A stretch of DNA of 64,000 bases from a virus (lineage: Duplodnaviria > Caudoviricetes): IMG/VR virus record IMGVR_UViG_3300034375_009028; one strand, given 5' to 3'. Position numbers and translations under genes: made by a program. Shown in pieces: positions 54,296 through 63,112 of this stretch. Below the pieces are notes generated by a model. The model was not told where the DNA came from, searched no databases, and saw only the letters and a list, made by a program, of their open reading frames with translations. The first letter of the stretch is position 1. Every line of letters starts with the position of its first letter.

Positions 54296-56089
54296 TTAGT
54301 CAAATCTTGAAGACATCATTTCTTGAGATCTCTTAGCAGCAGCACGACGCGCTGCTATTTTTTGTGCAGGAGATCTTGGAGCACCCCATTGACCAGCAGT
54401 GGGTGGTTTCTTACCAGGAACCTTCTTACGCTGTCCAGCAGGTGTTCCTTCCATACCACGAATCATTCTTTTTACATGAGTGAATGCTTTGTCATCCTTC
54501 GCACCACCTTTAGCAGTTGGTTTACCAGTCTTGGTATTGATACCAGTTTCTTTTTCTGCACGATTCAATTCATTAATATTATTCGATTCACCAACCATAG
54601 AACGAATTCTTTGTCTGGCATTTTCAACTTGCTTCCTTTCAGTATCCTTTTGCTTTGCAGTTACTGAAGGATCACTTTCTTCATTACTTACAACTTTCTT
54701 AACATCCTTTGCAACTTTTCCTGCGGTCTTAACGCCAGAAGCAAATCCCTTACCAAACTCAGATGCTGCCTTTCCTCCAACTGTTGCTGCTTTTTTAGCA
54801 GTCTTCATTGCTGCATTATGGCGATCCATTCCTTTTTTATAAGCATCTACTGCGCGGAATACTCCTCTTGCAATAGCATCTCTAACTGGTTTTTTATTTG
54901 GTTGCTTTTGCTTAGCGGATGCTGTTGGAACTGAAGGTGCTTTTGCTGCTGGTTTTGCTGCTGGTTTTGCTGCAGATGCCTTCTTTGCTGCCTTTGCTTT
55001 TTCTTTAGCATCAATCTCAGCTTTTACTTGTTCGTAACTCTTACCACCTTTTCTCTTTTTAGCAGCTCTTGCTTCATCCAATTCAATATCTTCATTTAAT
55101 TGAGAATTGTAATAAGAATTCAATTCCATTACAAAATCAAAAAATCTATCAATTCCAATTTCTTCGATTACATACTCAACACCTTCTTCATTTAATCCTT
55201 CATTATAAAAATAATCTGTAGCATAATTAACAGATTCGATGATGTAATCTTCTGTGAGATTTACATCTTCAATCAAAACACCACCAAGATTATCTACTGC
55301 TTCTTTTAATTCTGGGTTAATAGTAATGTACTTACCATTATTTACACCATTTCCAGTGACTTTTTTTTCTTTAGTCTCAGTCTCTGCCTCAAAAAGATTT
55401 AATTCAGATCTCCAATCAGAGTAATCTTCATTCTTTTTCTTACGAGTATCCTTCCCGTCAGGTACTCCACCCTTCTTACGCTGGATGGCATTATGAACTG
55501 CGCCAGCATGTTCCTTAGAACCACTCTCAACTTTACCGTCACCATCATAATCCTTCTTCTTAGGATTGCCTTTTGGTGCTTGAAGTGCGGCGGCAGTCTG
55601 TTCTCCTTTCTTGCGCTCTCCCTCATATGGAGTTCCATAGTTAGTTGGAGTAACAGAAGCAATCTGTGGGTTCTTTCTTAATTGATGAATCTTTTTAGTA
55701 TCAGCATATCTACGATAAGATTTTCCAAAACCTTTTGCTGGTTTTACCAATACTTTCTGTTTTGATGCTTCATCAATCTCATACTCTTCTTTTTTAGTAT
55801 CACCACCACCAAAAAGCATTGCTTTTGCAGCGTCCTTTACGGGAGAAGATGCACTGGAATTTTGAAGAACCTGATTAAATGCTCTCTCTAAAGGCAAATC
55901 TTCTCTTCTTGCCTTATATCTAGTATCATAAGCAAGCTGTCTTGCTGCTTTCTTGATAGCATCTCCACCATCACCACCAGCATTAGTTGGTTGCTCTTTT
56001 TTATTTGCAATCTTTGGTTGGATCTTCGCTTCCATTTCAGTCAAATATACTCTATGAAGATCAGTAACAATATGCTGTAATTTTTCCAT
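54296..56089 (-). CDS. Late, probably head-internal protein with Lys/Ala-rich blocks, 597 aa
   Basis: Alternating acidic and basic segments (AKKASAAKPAAKPAAK), KDYDGDG.VE motif and multiple L/I-x-E sites. Confidence 0.6.
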   Translation of the reverse strand: MEKLQHIVTDLHRVYLTEMEAKIQPKIANKKEQPTNAGGDGGDAIKKAARQLAYDTRYKARREDLPLERAFNQVLQNSSASSPVKDAAKAMLFGGGDTKKEEYEIDEASKQKVLVKPAKGFGKSYRRYADTKKIHQLRKNPQIASVTPTNYGTPYEGERKKGEQTAAALQAPKGNPKKKDYDGDGKVESGSKEHAGAVHNAIQRKKGGVPDGKDTRKKKNEDYSDWRSELNLFEAETETKEKKVTGNGVNNGKYITINPELKEAVDNLGGVLIEDVNLTEDYIIESVNYATDYFYNEGLNEEGVEYVIEEIGIDRFFDFVMELNSYYNSQLNEDIELDEARAAKKRKGGKSYEQVKAEIDAKEKAKAAKKASAAKPAAKPAAKAPSVPTASAKQKQPNKKPVRDAIARGVFRAVDAYKKGMDRHNAAMKTAKKAATVGGKAASEFGKGFASGVKTAGKVAKDVKKVVSNEESDPSVTAKQKDTERKQVENARQRIRSMVGESNNINELNRAEKETGINTKTGKPTAKGGAKDDKAFTHVKRMIRGMEGTPAGQRKKVPGKKPPTAGQWGAPRSPAQKIAARRAAAKRSQEMMSSRFD

Positions 56090-56098
56090 TCCCGTGAA

Positions 56099-56668
56099 TT
56101 ACGCTTTTTTCTTATATTTATTTATAAAATTTCTAATGCTCTTTACATCAGACATCTTCATTGTATATTTTCTCAGAGAGTCTGTACCAACTTCTCTCTG
56201 ACTTGCAGGAACCCCACAATCATCAGTCCACTCAACAACATCACTGATCCAAGATTTGAACATCTCTCCATCTTCAGTAACACAAATTAAATGGTTGGTC
56301 CCTCTTCTAACAATCTTACCAACCAATTGAGTGTTTAAATTCTGGACGTATTGACCCTCACAAAAAATCTCACCTCTAATATACCTTTCTCTTAAGTTAC
56401 TATTCTCTTCTACCTTTTTCTTTAGCAGTTTAGTTTGAGTCGCAACTGGTCTTTGATTATTTTGAGTTCTTATTTGCTTAGGATCTTGTTTACCTAAAAT
56501 TTGGTTTTGATTATAAAACTTTAATCTTCCATTAACATTTTTAGCAATAAATTCTCCAGTATTTTTGTCATGATATCCGCCATGACCATCTGGCACTAAA
56601 CCAAGTCGCCTCCCTTGAATGGAGGCGATAGACCTTGACTCATTGATAAATTGTGAGAATTTTTTCAT
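56099..56668 (-). CDS. Protein with a capsid-targeting-like N-terminus; resembles the termini of the cyanophage 'cytidyltransferase' gene
   Basis: MKKFSQFINE start, DGHGG.HD...EF.AK, and GKIVRRGTNHLICVTEDGEMFKSWI; no HxGH-type motif. Confidence 0.55.
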   Translation of the reverse strand: MKKFSQFINESRSIASIQGRRLGLVPDGHGGYHDKNTGEFIAKNVNGRLKFYNQNQILGKQDPKQIRTQNNQRPVATQTKLLKKKVEENSNLRERYIRGEIFCEGQYVQNLNTQLVGKIVRRGTNHLICVTEDGEMFKSWISDVVEWTDDCGVPASQREVGTDSLRKYTMKMSDVKSIRNFINKYKKKA

Positions 56669-56698
56669 GATTGTTTTGATATAATAATATTTATTCTT

Positions 56699-57820
56699 TT
56701 AAATCTCTTTACTTTTATTTCGATTTGAATAATCTCTAGAAAATATTCCTCCTCTCAATCCGTCCTTATATTTTGTATTTGATGTTGAAATTCTTCTTGA
56801 AGACTCTCCTTTCCTTGCGGCAAGTGTTGGTTCGTAACCAGCTTGAAGTGAAGTAATATTGTTTTTATTTACAACTTTATTAAAATCCAATTTGAGTATA
56901 GATCTTTTATCTCTAGTTGCTCCAACCTTTTTAATTTTAGGAGTACCTTGGGTAATAAAATCTACGCTATCGTATCCAGATACTTTTTTACAATCTGGTC
57001 CAAAGACTGCCATCTTTTTCAATTCTCTACTTTTAATTGGTCTCCAAAGAGTATTAAAATCATCAGAATAAGTGTCCCAATTATCAATCACAAAATCTTT
57101 AAATCCCTTAACTTCATCATGTTTAGATATCTCATTACCTGCCCTATCAGATATTCCCCCATATTGTTGAAAAGATTTTGCATCAGTTCCCAATTTATAA
57201 GATATAAACCCAACTTCTTTTGGATTATTAGAACCATCAAATGCAACTATAACAAAATCTGCTTTCTTTGTTCCAACACCACCAACAAAGCCAGCTACAT
57301 TAGTATAAGTTTTAGATTTTATTTTTAAATCTACAGGTTTTCCATTACCCAATCTCTGTATTTCAGAATTCAATCTTTTAATAACTTCAACTTCAGATCT
57401 TTCAGATGGAATTCTTGCCAATGAACGATTAACAGAAAATGCTTTTATTAATAAATCGTTCCATATAGATCCAACTTTTGCAGCAAAATCTTTACCATTA
57501 CGAAACTTAAATAATATTCTTATTGCAGTGTCTCTATCACTCAATCGAAGATAAGAAGTAATCTCTATCCCATTAAAAGAAGATCCAGGTAACTTTTTTT
57601 CTTCAAATTGTATTTTATTCTTCTTTAAAAAATCTTCAACCAATTCAAGAGAATCTGGTCTATCATTTGACTTAACAATAATAGTTGCATATTGTTGATT
57701 TTTATTATTAGAGTTTGGAAATTTACCAGATCTCTCCACAACAATTTTGTTACTGTTAAGTCCTTTTTGAAGTTTTTTAAGTATAGTTTCGTTTGTAAGA
57801 TTATTCATTGATACAAACAT
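56699..57820 (-). CDS. Putative PD-(D/E)xK-like nuclease, 373 aa
   Basis: KKADFVIV...ISYK....SFQQYGGIS; AT-rich; TATAAATA at 57828-57835. Confidence 0.45.
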   Translation of the reverse strand: MFVSMNNLTNETILKKLQKGLNSNKIVVERSGKFPNSNNKNQQYATIIVKSNDRPDSLELVEDFLKKNKIQFEEKKLPGSSFNGIEITSYLRLSDRDTAIRILFKFRNGKDFAAKVGSIWNDLLIKAFSVNRSLARIPSERSEVEVIKRLNSEIQRLGNGKPVDLKIKSKTYTNVAGFVGGVGTKKADFVIVAFDGSNNPKEVGFISYKLGTDAKSFQQYGGISDRAGNEISKHDEVKGFKDFVIDNWDTYSDDFNTLWRPIKSRELKKMAVFGPDCKKVSGYDSVDFITQGTPKIKKVGATRDKRSILKLDFNKVVNKNNITSLQAGYEPTLAARKGESSRRISTSNTKYKDGLRGGIFSRDYSNRNKSKEI

Positions 57821-57833
57821 TTATACCTATTTA

Positions 57834-57916
57834 TACCCAGTATAGGACTTGAACCTACACGTCACAAGGACAACAGGACCTAAACCTGCCGCGTCTACCA
57901 ATTCCGCCAACTGGGC
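57834..57916 (-). tRNA. tRNA-Leu(UAG)
   Basis: GCCCAGT/ACTGGGT acceptor, GCAGG-TTTAGGT-CCTGT anticodon arm, long variable arm. Confidence 0.92.
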
Positions 57917-57951
57917 AATAAAATATGGATTAATCCATATTTGTTAAAATA

Positions 57952-58356
57952 TCAAACGTCACCTTCAGAGCGAACTTCTGACCTTTCAATACTAAACGTA
58001 CCCTCAGGATATCGTGCAGAAAGTTTTTCAAAGTTCATTTGCAAGACATCATCAAAAGAAATGTCTAGTGCCATACATGCTTGAGCAAGATACCAACAAA
58101 TGTCTCCAAGTTCTCGCTTCATATGAAATGTGTTTTCTTCACTATATGGTTTTCCTTGGAATACAATCTTTTTGACTACTTCAGTAAACTCACCAGCTTC
58201 TGCAGTAAGACCAAATGCAGCAGTCAGAAGTTGTGTTACATTAGCACCACTTGCCTCAAGTTCATTAATCCTAGTCAAAAATACAGGATACTCCAAACTC
58301 GGAGCACTAGTAGTTTGCTTCACAAAATCAATATACTTTTCAGTATCAATAGTCAT
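57952..58356 (-). CDS. mazG: MazG-like nucleotide pyrophosphohydrolase
   Basis: GLTAEAGEFTEVVKK..FQGK, KRELGDICWY, N.EKL..RYP. Confidence 0.92.
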   Translation of the reverse strand: MTIDTEKYIDFVKQTTSAPSLEYPVFLTRINELEASGANVTQLLTAAFGLTAEAGEFTEVVKKIVFQGKPYSEENTFHMKRELGDICWYLAQACMALDISFDDVLQMNFEKLSARYPEGTFSIERSEVRSEGDV

Positions 58357-58395
58357 GAGATTAAAAAATTAGAATGGTTAGTTTAACACAGATTT

Positions 58396-59616
58396 TTATC
58401 TCTGTCTAGTGTTGCCGTAATGAATTACTTCAAGATCAGGATCCTCAAACTTTCTCCAAGGATCAACTACAACACTACCTTTTGGAATTTCACAATACAA
58501 TTCATCTTCTGAATTACTATACCAATACTTGTAGGTAGTTGTAGCACTATGTGCAAGAAGAAAGATTGCTGGTTCTTTACTAGTATAAGTGTCTCCAGTA
58601 TATTTGTCAACATATATTGGAGTTATTCCAGACTGTTGGCAGTAGTGTCCAACCAATAAACTGTAACTTCCGTCAATATAAGGCACTCTTGGTTTGTATG
58701 CTTTGCCATGAATAACAATAGGTAATTGATATTCGTTTGATAACTTTACTAAGTAATCTGCAAGATTTCTTGCTTGACCTTCTCTAGAACCCATCACAGA
58801 TTCAAAAATATCATAACCAAGTTCTAATTTATATGAAAGATATCTTAGTGCAATATTATCTCTGGGATGACAAGCACCACCATCTCCCATTCCAGCAGTC
58901 ATATAAGAAGAGTTTATAATTCTATTTTCAGCTGAACACAATGCTTGAGTAACAACATCGACATTGATATTTCCTTGCCTCATAGCAACATCTTGGATCA
59001 TATTTACATATCCAATTTTTGTACTAATAAAGGTATTATAAAAAACTTTTATACATTCACACTCATCCCAAGTACCAACAATATACTTAGGATCATTTTC
59101 CATAATTGTTTTGTAGAACTCTATTAGTTCTTTTGCGTCTCCATTTTCATATCCATCTTCGGTTCCAATCATTACCATTTCTGGATTTACCATATCCCAA
59201 GATACCGTTCCCATAGCAATAAGGTATGGATTATAAACAAATCTCATATTACTAACTAAAGGTTTAAACTGTTGTCTAGTAGTTCCAGGAAGAACTGTAG
59301 ATATCAAAACAACAAGTTGACCATTAGCATATTGATTAATCTGAGATAAACAATCTTTAACTATAGAGTAATCAAAATCTTTTGGTTCTAAATGCATGGA
59401 AGGAGTACTTCCATCATAATCTGGATGATGTGGTGTTGGAACGGCAATGAAAATAATTTCAGACTTATCAACAACAGTTTTTATATTGGGGCAAATTTTA
59501 ATTTCAGTACTATGACGTTTAAGAATATCGTATCCATAAACAGTATGTCCTTTACGTGCTATTTCATTTGCACAAGGATTTCCAAGTTTACCTAACCCAA
59601 TAAATCCAATATTCAT
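58396..59616 (-). CDS. UDP-glucose/GDP-mannose dehydrogenase family protein
   Basis: GFIGLGKLG, IAVPTP, ISTVLPGTT, ECIKVFYNTF, GGACHPRD (catalytic Cys). Confidence 0.9.
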   Translation of the reverse strand: MNIGFIGLGKLGNPCANEIARKGHTVYGYDILKRHSTEIKICPNIKTVVDKSEIIFIAVPTPHHPDYDGSTPSMHLEPKDFDYSIVKDCLSQINQYANGQLVVLISTVLPGTTRQQFKPLVSNMRFVYNPYLIAMGTVSWDMVNPEMVMIGTEDGYENGDAKELIEFYKTIMENDPKYIVGTWDECECIKVFYNTFISTKIGYVNMIQDVAMRQGNINVDVVTQALCSAENRIINSSYMTAGMGDGGACHPRDNIALRYLSYKLELGYDIFESVMGSREGQARNLADYLVKLSNEYQLPIVIHGKAYKPRVPYIDGSYSLLVGHYCQQSGITPIYVDKYTGDTYTSKEPAIFLLAHSATTTYKYWYSNSEDELYCEIPKGSVVVDPWRKFEDPDLEVIHYGNTRQR

Positions 59617-60578
59617 TATTCTCTCTCCAGGTCTAAAGTAACGCAGTGAAATCCACCACTAAGAGTTCTTTGATGTCTCATGGGTAACATTGCACATTCA
59701 ATTCCATAAGTTTCTAATATTTTTCTTGTTGGGTGTTGATCTTCTTGTAGTGCGACTAGATTAGGAGATACACTAAATAAATTCATATTAGACCACTCTG
59801 AAGCATTATTATAACCTGGATAATATCCAATGTCCACTGGGTCTGGGCAATTTATAACATTCCATGTATTAAAAGGATATGGAAGCATATCTATTGATTT
59901 AACTCTTGTTGGATTGACCATTAATAGACCTTCCCTCAAAAAACAAACCGTAGTGTCAATGTGTACATAAGTATAGATATCTTTTACGACTCTAACTGTT
60001 GCTTTAGATCCTAGAATCCTTTGAAGTAACTTTGCTCCTGCCATATTACCACTATTAGAAACAAGATATAAAACATCATTATTTGCACGGATAATATTAG
60101 CAGCATCAAAAGCTGGAGTAACCTCAGTTAATGCAAGTTTATCTGGGTTTTTAATGCAAGATTCATCATACAATCCATCGTGATAAGAACAAGGGATTTC
60201 AATAGTATTTGGAATATGATGTCTAAATGATCTCCAATTACCCCTTCTAGATCTAAGAGGTTGTGGTGTTGCTATAGATACATCACCATGAACAAAAACA
60301 GAATCTCTTGGACAGTAATTATAGTAATCTGTAGGTTCTCTTTTTGGTCTTAGAACTTCTACACCTTCACCACGTAAAAAATTACAAAATACTTCTAGAT
60401 CTTCATTTGCTTCCTCTATAACTTTTTCTGGATATAAACCAGATGGTACTTCTGAAACATCTTCTATTCCAGCATAATTAATTGTTCTCAAACTTTTATC
60501 CATTGGAGGAATTTTTGCATAATCAGCAACTCCAACAATTACCTTTTTTAATTTGTCCCATTCATTAGTTGACTTCAT
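59616..60578 (-). CDS. Amidinotransferase (AGAT/StrB1-like pentein)
   Basis: NEWDKL..VIVG, YCPRD, FDAAN, HIDTT, RTLSGGFHCVTLDL.R; the Asp/His/Cys triad pattern is intact. Confidence 0.9.
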   Translation of the reverse strand: MKSTNEWDKLKKVIVGVADYAKIPPMDKSLRTINYAGIEDVSEVPSGLYPEKVIEEANEDLEVFCNFLRGEGVEVLRPKREPTDYYNYCPRDSVFVHGDVSIATPQPLRSRRGNWRSFRHHIPNTIEIPCSYHDGLYDESCIKNPDKLALTEVTPAFDAANIIRANNDVLYLVSNSGNMAGAKLLQRILGSKATVRVVKDIYTYVHIDTTVCFLREGLLMVNPTRVKSIDMLPYPFNTWNVINCPDPVDIGYYPGYNNASEWSNMNLFSVSPNLVALQEDQHPTRKILETYGIECAMLPMRHQRTLSGGFHCVTLDLERE

Positions 60579-60585
60579 TTTTTTT

Positions 60586-61389
60586 TTAAAATTGTGAGGT
60601 TAATACAATCATATCAGAATCATTTTTTTTACCATAAGTAAAAAATTCATCCAGACTATATCTTAAATGTTTTTTCATCCACCAGTAATAATATGCACAC
60701 CTGGATCTTTCGTGATGAACTCTGTCAATATGCAAACTAAATTCTGTACTTGGGAGATCATTATTTGTTGTTATTAAAGGAATACAATATGTTTTACCAG
60801 TATGACCTATAAAGTAATCGACTGTTGCAGAATTTGAATTATAGTTTTTTATAGCAACACTCTTATCAAAAAAATATTTTTCTCCTCGGCAATGTAGAGA
60901 TAAAAGTTTTTCAACATAATCTCTATTCAAAACAACTGGACCAAAATAAGTGTGCCTCAATTTTGGATGAAGGAAGAAAGGAATAAATTCTGTAGATTCA
61001 AATCCCAATTGAATACAATCCCAATCATAAGGAACTCTATTCATGAGGTATTCCCAATCAAAATTCCAATACTCTATCAAGTTTAAATCATAATCATCTT
61101 CCATTAATAACAAATATTCTTCATCTGTTGTAGTAAACCATTTTTTAATAAATTCTAAATGTGTCACTGCATTAGATAAGCAGTATGCAGGCATTCCCAT
61201 TACATCACCGTCTATATATTTTGTTCCCCATTCTTTAATATTTGAGGCCAAGAATTTAGATCCAGAAACTCTTGTGTAATCAACCTTCCAATAATTAAAC
61301 TGATCTTCCATATATTTTCTACGGTCAGATCTATTATCTAAATTAAAATAGTATATGTGGGGAAAATTTTTTAATTTATTCATGACCAT
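60586..61389 (-). CDS. GT25-like glycosyltransferase, paralog 4
   Basis: YYFNLDNRSDRR, THLEFIK, LLMEDD, PYDWDCIQLG. Confidence 0.75.
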   Translation of the reverse strand: MVMNKLKNFPHIYYFNLDNRSDRRKYMEDQFNYWKVDYTRVSGSKFLASNIKEWGTKYIDGDVMGMPAYCLSNAVTHLEFIKKWFTTTDEEYLLLMEDDYDLNLIEYWNFDWEYLMNRVPYDWDCIQLGFESTEFIPFFLHPKLRHTYFGPVVLNRDYVEKLLSLHCRGEKYFFDKSVAIKNYNSNSATVDYFIGHTGKTYCIPLITTNNDLPSTEFSLHIDRVHHERSRCAYYYWWMKKHLRYSLDEFFTYGKKNDSDMIVLTSQF

Positions 61390-62180
61390 GATACACTCTT
61401 TTTAATCATTCCTTTATCATTTGGTTTTCCATATAAAAACATTTCGTCCAATTGATATTTTTTACTATCAAATCTCCACCATTCATAATACTTTATTCTA
61501 TTGTTTTTAACTAAAGAATATTTTTTACTCTTATCATCAAAAAATTCCAAGTTGCCTGGAAATATTGGGAAGCAATAAGTCTTTCCACAGTGACCTATAA
61601 AATAATCAACAGTTCCAGATTTTAAACCAAACTTTTTATTTGCAATTTTATTGGTTAAATTATACTTATCATCTACACAATGAAGTTTTATAATCTTCTT
61701 TACATACCTCCTATTCAACATCGCAATATTAAAAGTATGTCCAGGAACTATTGGATGAAGATAGAAGGGTATATAATTGAGATTTTCAAATCCAAGTAGA
61801 AGACAATCCCAATCATAGGGAATTCTATTCATAATCTCTTGCCAATCAAATGGCAAATATTCTAAAGTACCAAAATCTATAATATCTCTAGATATAATTA
61901 AAGATTCTTCTTCAGTGCTATTATACCAATTTTTTAAAAAGTCTAAAACTGATATTGCATAAGATGCAGTAGATACCGACAATTTATAATTTTTTTTATC
62001 TAAAATAAGATCCTTCCATTCGGATAAATTATTTTTATTAAATTTTAATGGAACCCTTTCATAAGAAGAAACTTTATAATTGCTTAAATTAGTTTCAATG
62101 TACTCTTTACGGTTACTATGCTCATCAGAATTAAAATAATATATCTTTGGGATATTTTTTAATTTATTTTTCAAATCCAT
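61380..62180 (-). CDS. GT25-like paralog 3 with a degenerate acidic motif
   Basis: Colinear with its neighbours (PYDWDCLLLG, DYFIGH.GKTY) but IISRD replaces LMEDD. Confidence 0.65.
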   Translation of the reverse strand: MDLKNKLKNIPKIYYFNSDEHSNRKEYIETNLSNYKVSSYERVPLKFNKNNLSEWKDLILDKKNYKLSVSTASYAISVLDFLKNWYNSTEEESLIISRDIIDFGTLEYLPFDWQEIMNRIPYDWDCLLLGFENLNYIPFYLHPIVPGHTFNIAMLNRRYVKKIIKLHCVDDKYNLTNKIANKKFGLKSGTVDYFIGHCGKTYCFPIFPGNLEFFDDKSKKYSLVKNNRIKYYEWWRFDSKKYQLDEMFLYGKPNDKGMIKKSVSWS

Positions 62181-62209
62181 AACTAATATAATATTTTTTT
62201 TTATTTATT

Positions 62210-63112
62210 TTAATTTCTAAAATACTCTAAATAAGCATCACCATACTTATCTGTAGAAGTTTGTGTGATATCATATGATCTAAATTTTTCTGGTTTCAAT
62301 GACATTCTATCATGAATACTATCACCATAAGAAAAAAATGCGTCTAGATCATAATTTATAGACTCATTTTGCCACCAAAAATAGCAAGTATTTCTAGCAT
62401 TAACATCTCCACCAAATCTATAAAAACTTTGCAAAGTGCTATTATTTTCAAAGCTACCAAAATTTGGATTTATTGTTATTAATGGCATACAATATGTTCT
62501 TCCATTATGAACCATAAAATAATCAACTGTTCCAGATCCAGAGTTTTTTGTATTTACATGCCAAGGATAGTTGCATATTTTATGTACTAACTCATATTCA
62601 TCTCCATTACAATGAAGATCTAATATTTTTTCAACATACTCTCTCCTCAAAAGAACAGGACCAAAGTCATGAGCATCTTCTATTGGATGCAAATGAAATT
62701 TTATTTTCTCTGGATTTTCAAAACCCAATAATATACAATCCCAGTCGTAAGGGATTCTATTCATAATGTCATCCCAATCAAAAAACCAGTATTGAATTAG
62801 TCCAATATCATAATCATCTTCCATCAAAAGAACATAATCATCTTTAGATTCTCTATACCACTTCTTTAAAAAATCCAAATGAGTGATTGCATTGGCAGCA
62901 ACTGGAACCATCAAATGATAATCTTTAATATCTAAAATAAGATTTTTCCATTTACTATTCTCAGAAGCAAGATATTTTGTTCCAGATATTCTTTCATAAT
63001 CAATCCCATAGCGATCAAATTGATTTACCATCCAGTTTTTTCTATCTTTTCTATTATCAAGGTTAAAAAAATAAACCTTGGGCATATTTTTTACTTTTGC
63101 TTTTAAATCCAT
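62210..63112 (-). CDS. GT25-like glycosyltransferase, paralog 2
   Basis: YFFNLDNRKDRK, THLDFLK, LLMEDD, PYDWDCILLG. Confidence 0.75.
   Translation of the reverse strand: MDLKAKVKNMPKVYFFNLDNRKDRKNWMVNQFDRYGIDYERISGTKYLASENSKWKNLILDIKDYHLMVPVAANAITHLDFLKKWYRESKDDYVLLMEDDYDIGLIQYWFFDWDDIMNRIPYDWDCILLGFENPEKIKFHLHPIEDAHDFGPVLLRREYVEKILDLHCNGDEYELVHKICNYPWHVNTKNSGSGTVDYFMVHNGRTYCMPLITINPNFGSFENNSTLQSFYRFGGDVNARNTCYFWWQNESINYDLDAFFSYGDSIHDRMSLKPEKFRSYDITQTSTDKYGDAYLEYFRN

Noticed and set aside
40039-57916. Suppressor tRNA or stop-codon recoding
   Set aside because: No CUA, UUA or UCA anticodon was found, and the genes are intact in the standard code, with TAA, TAG and TGA all used as stops.
57952-58356. 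mazG as a novel finding
   Set aside because: It is a common cyanomyovirus gene.
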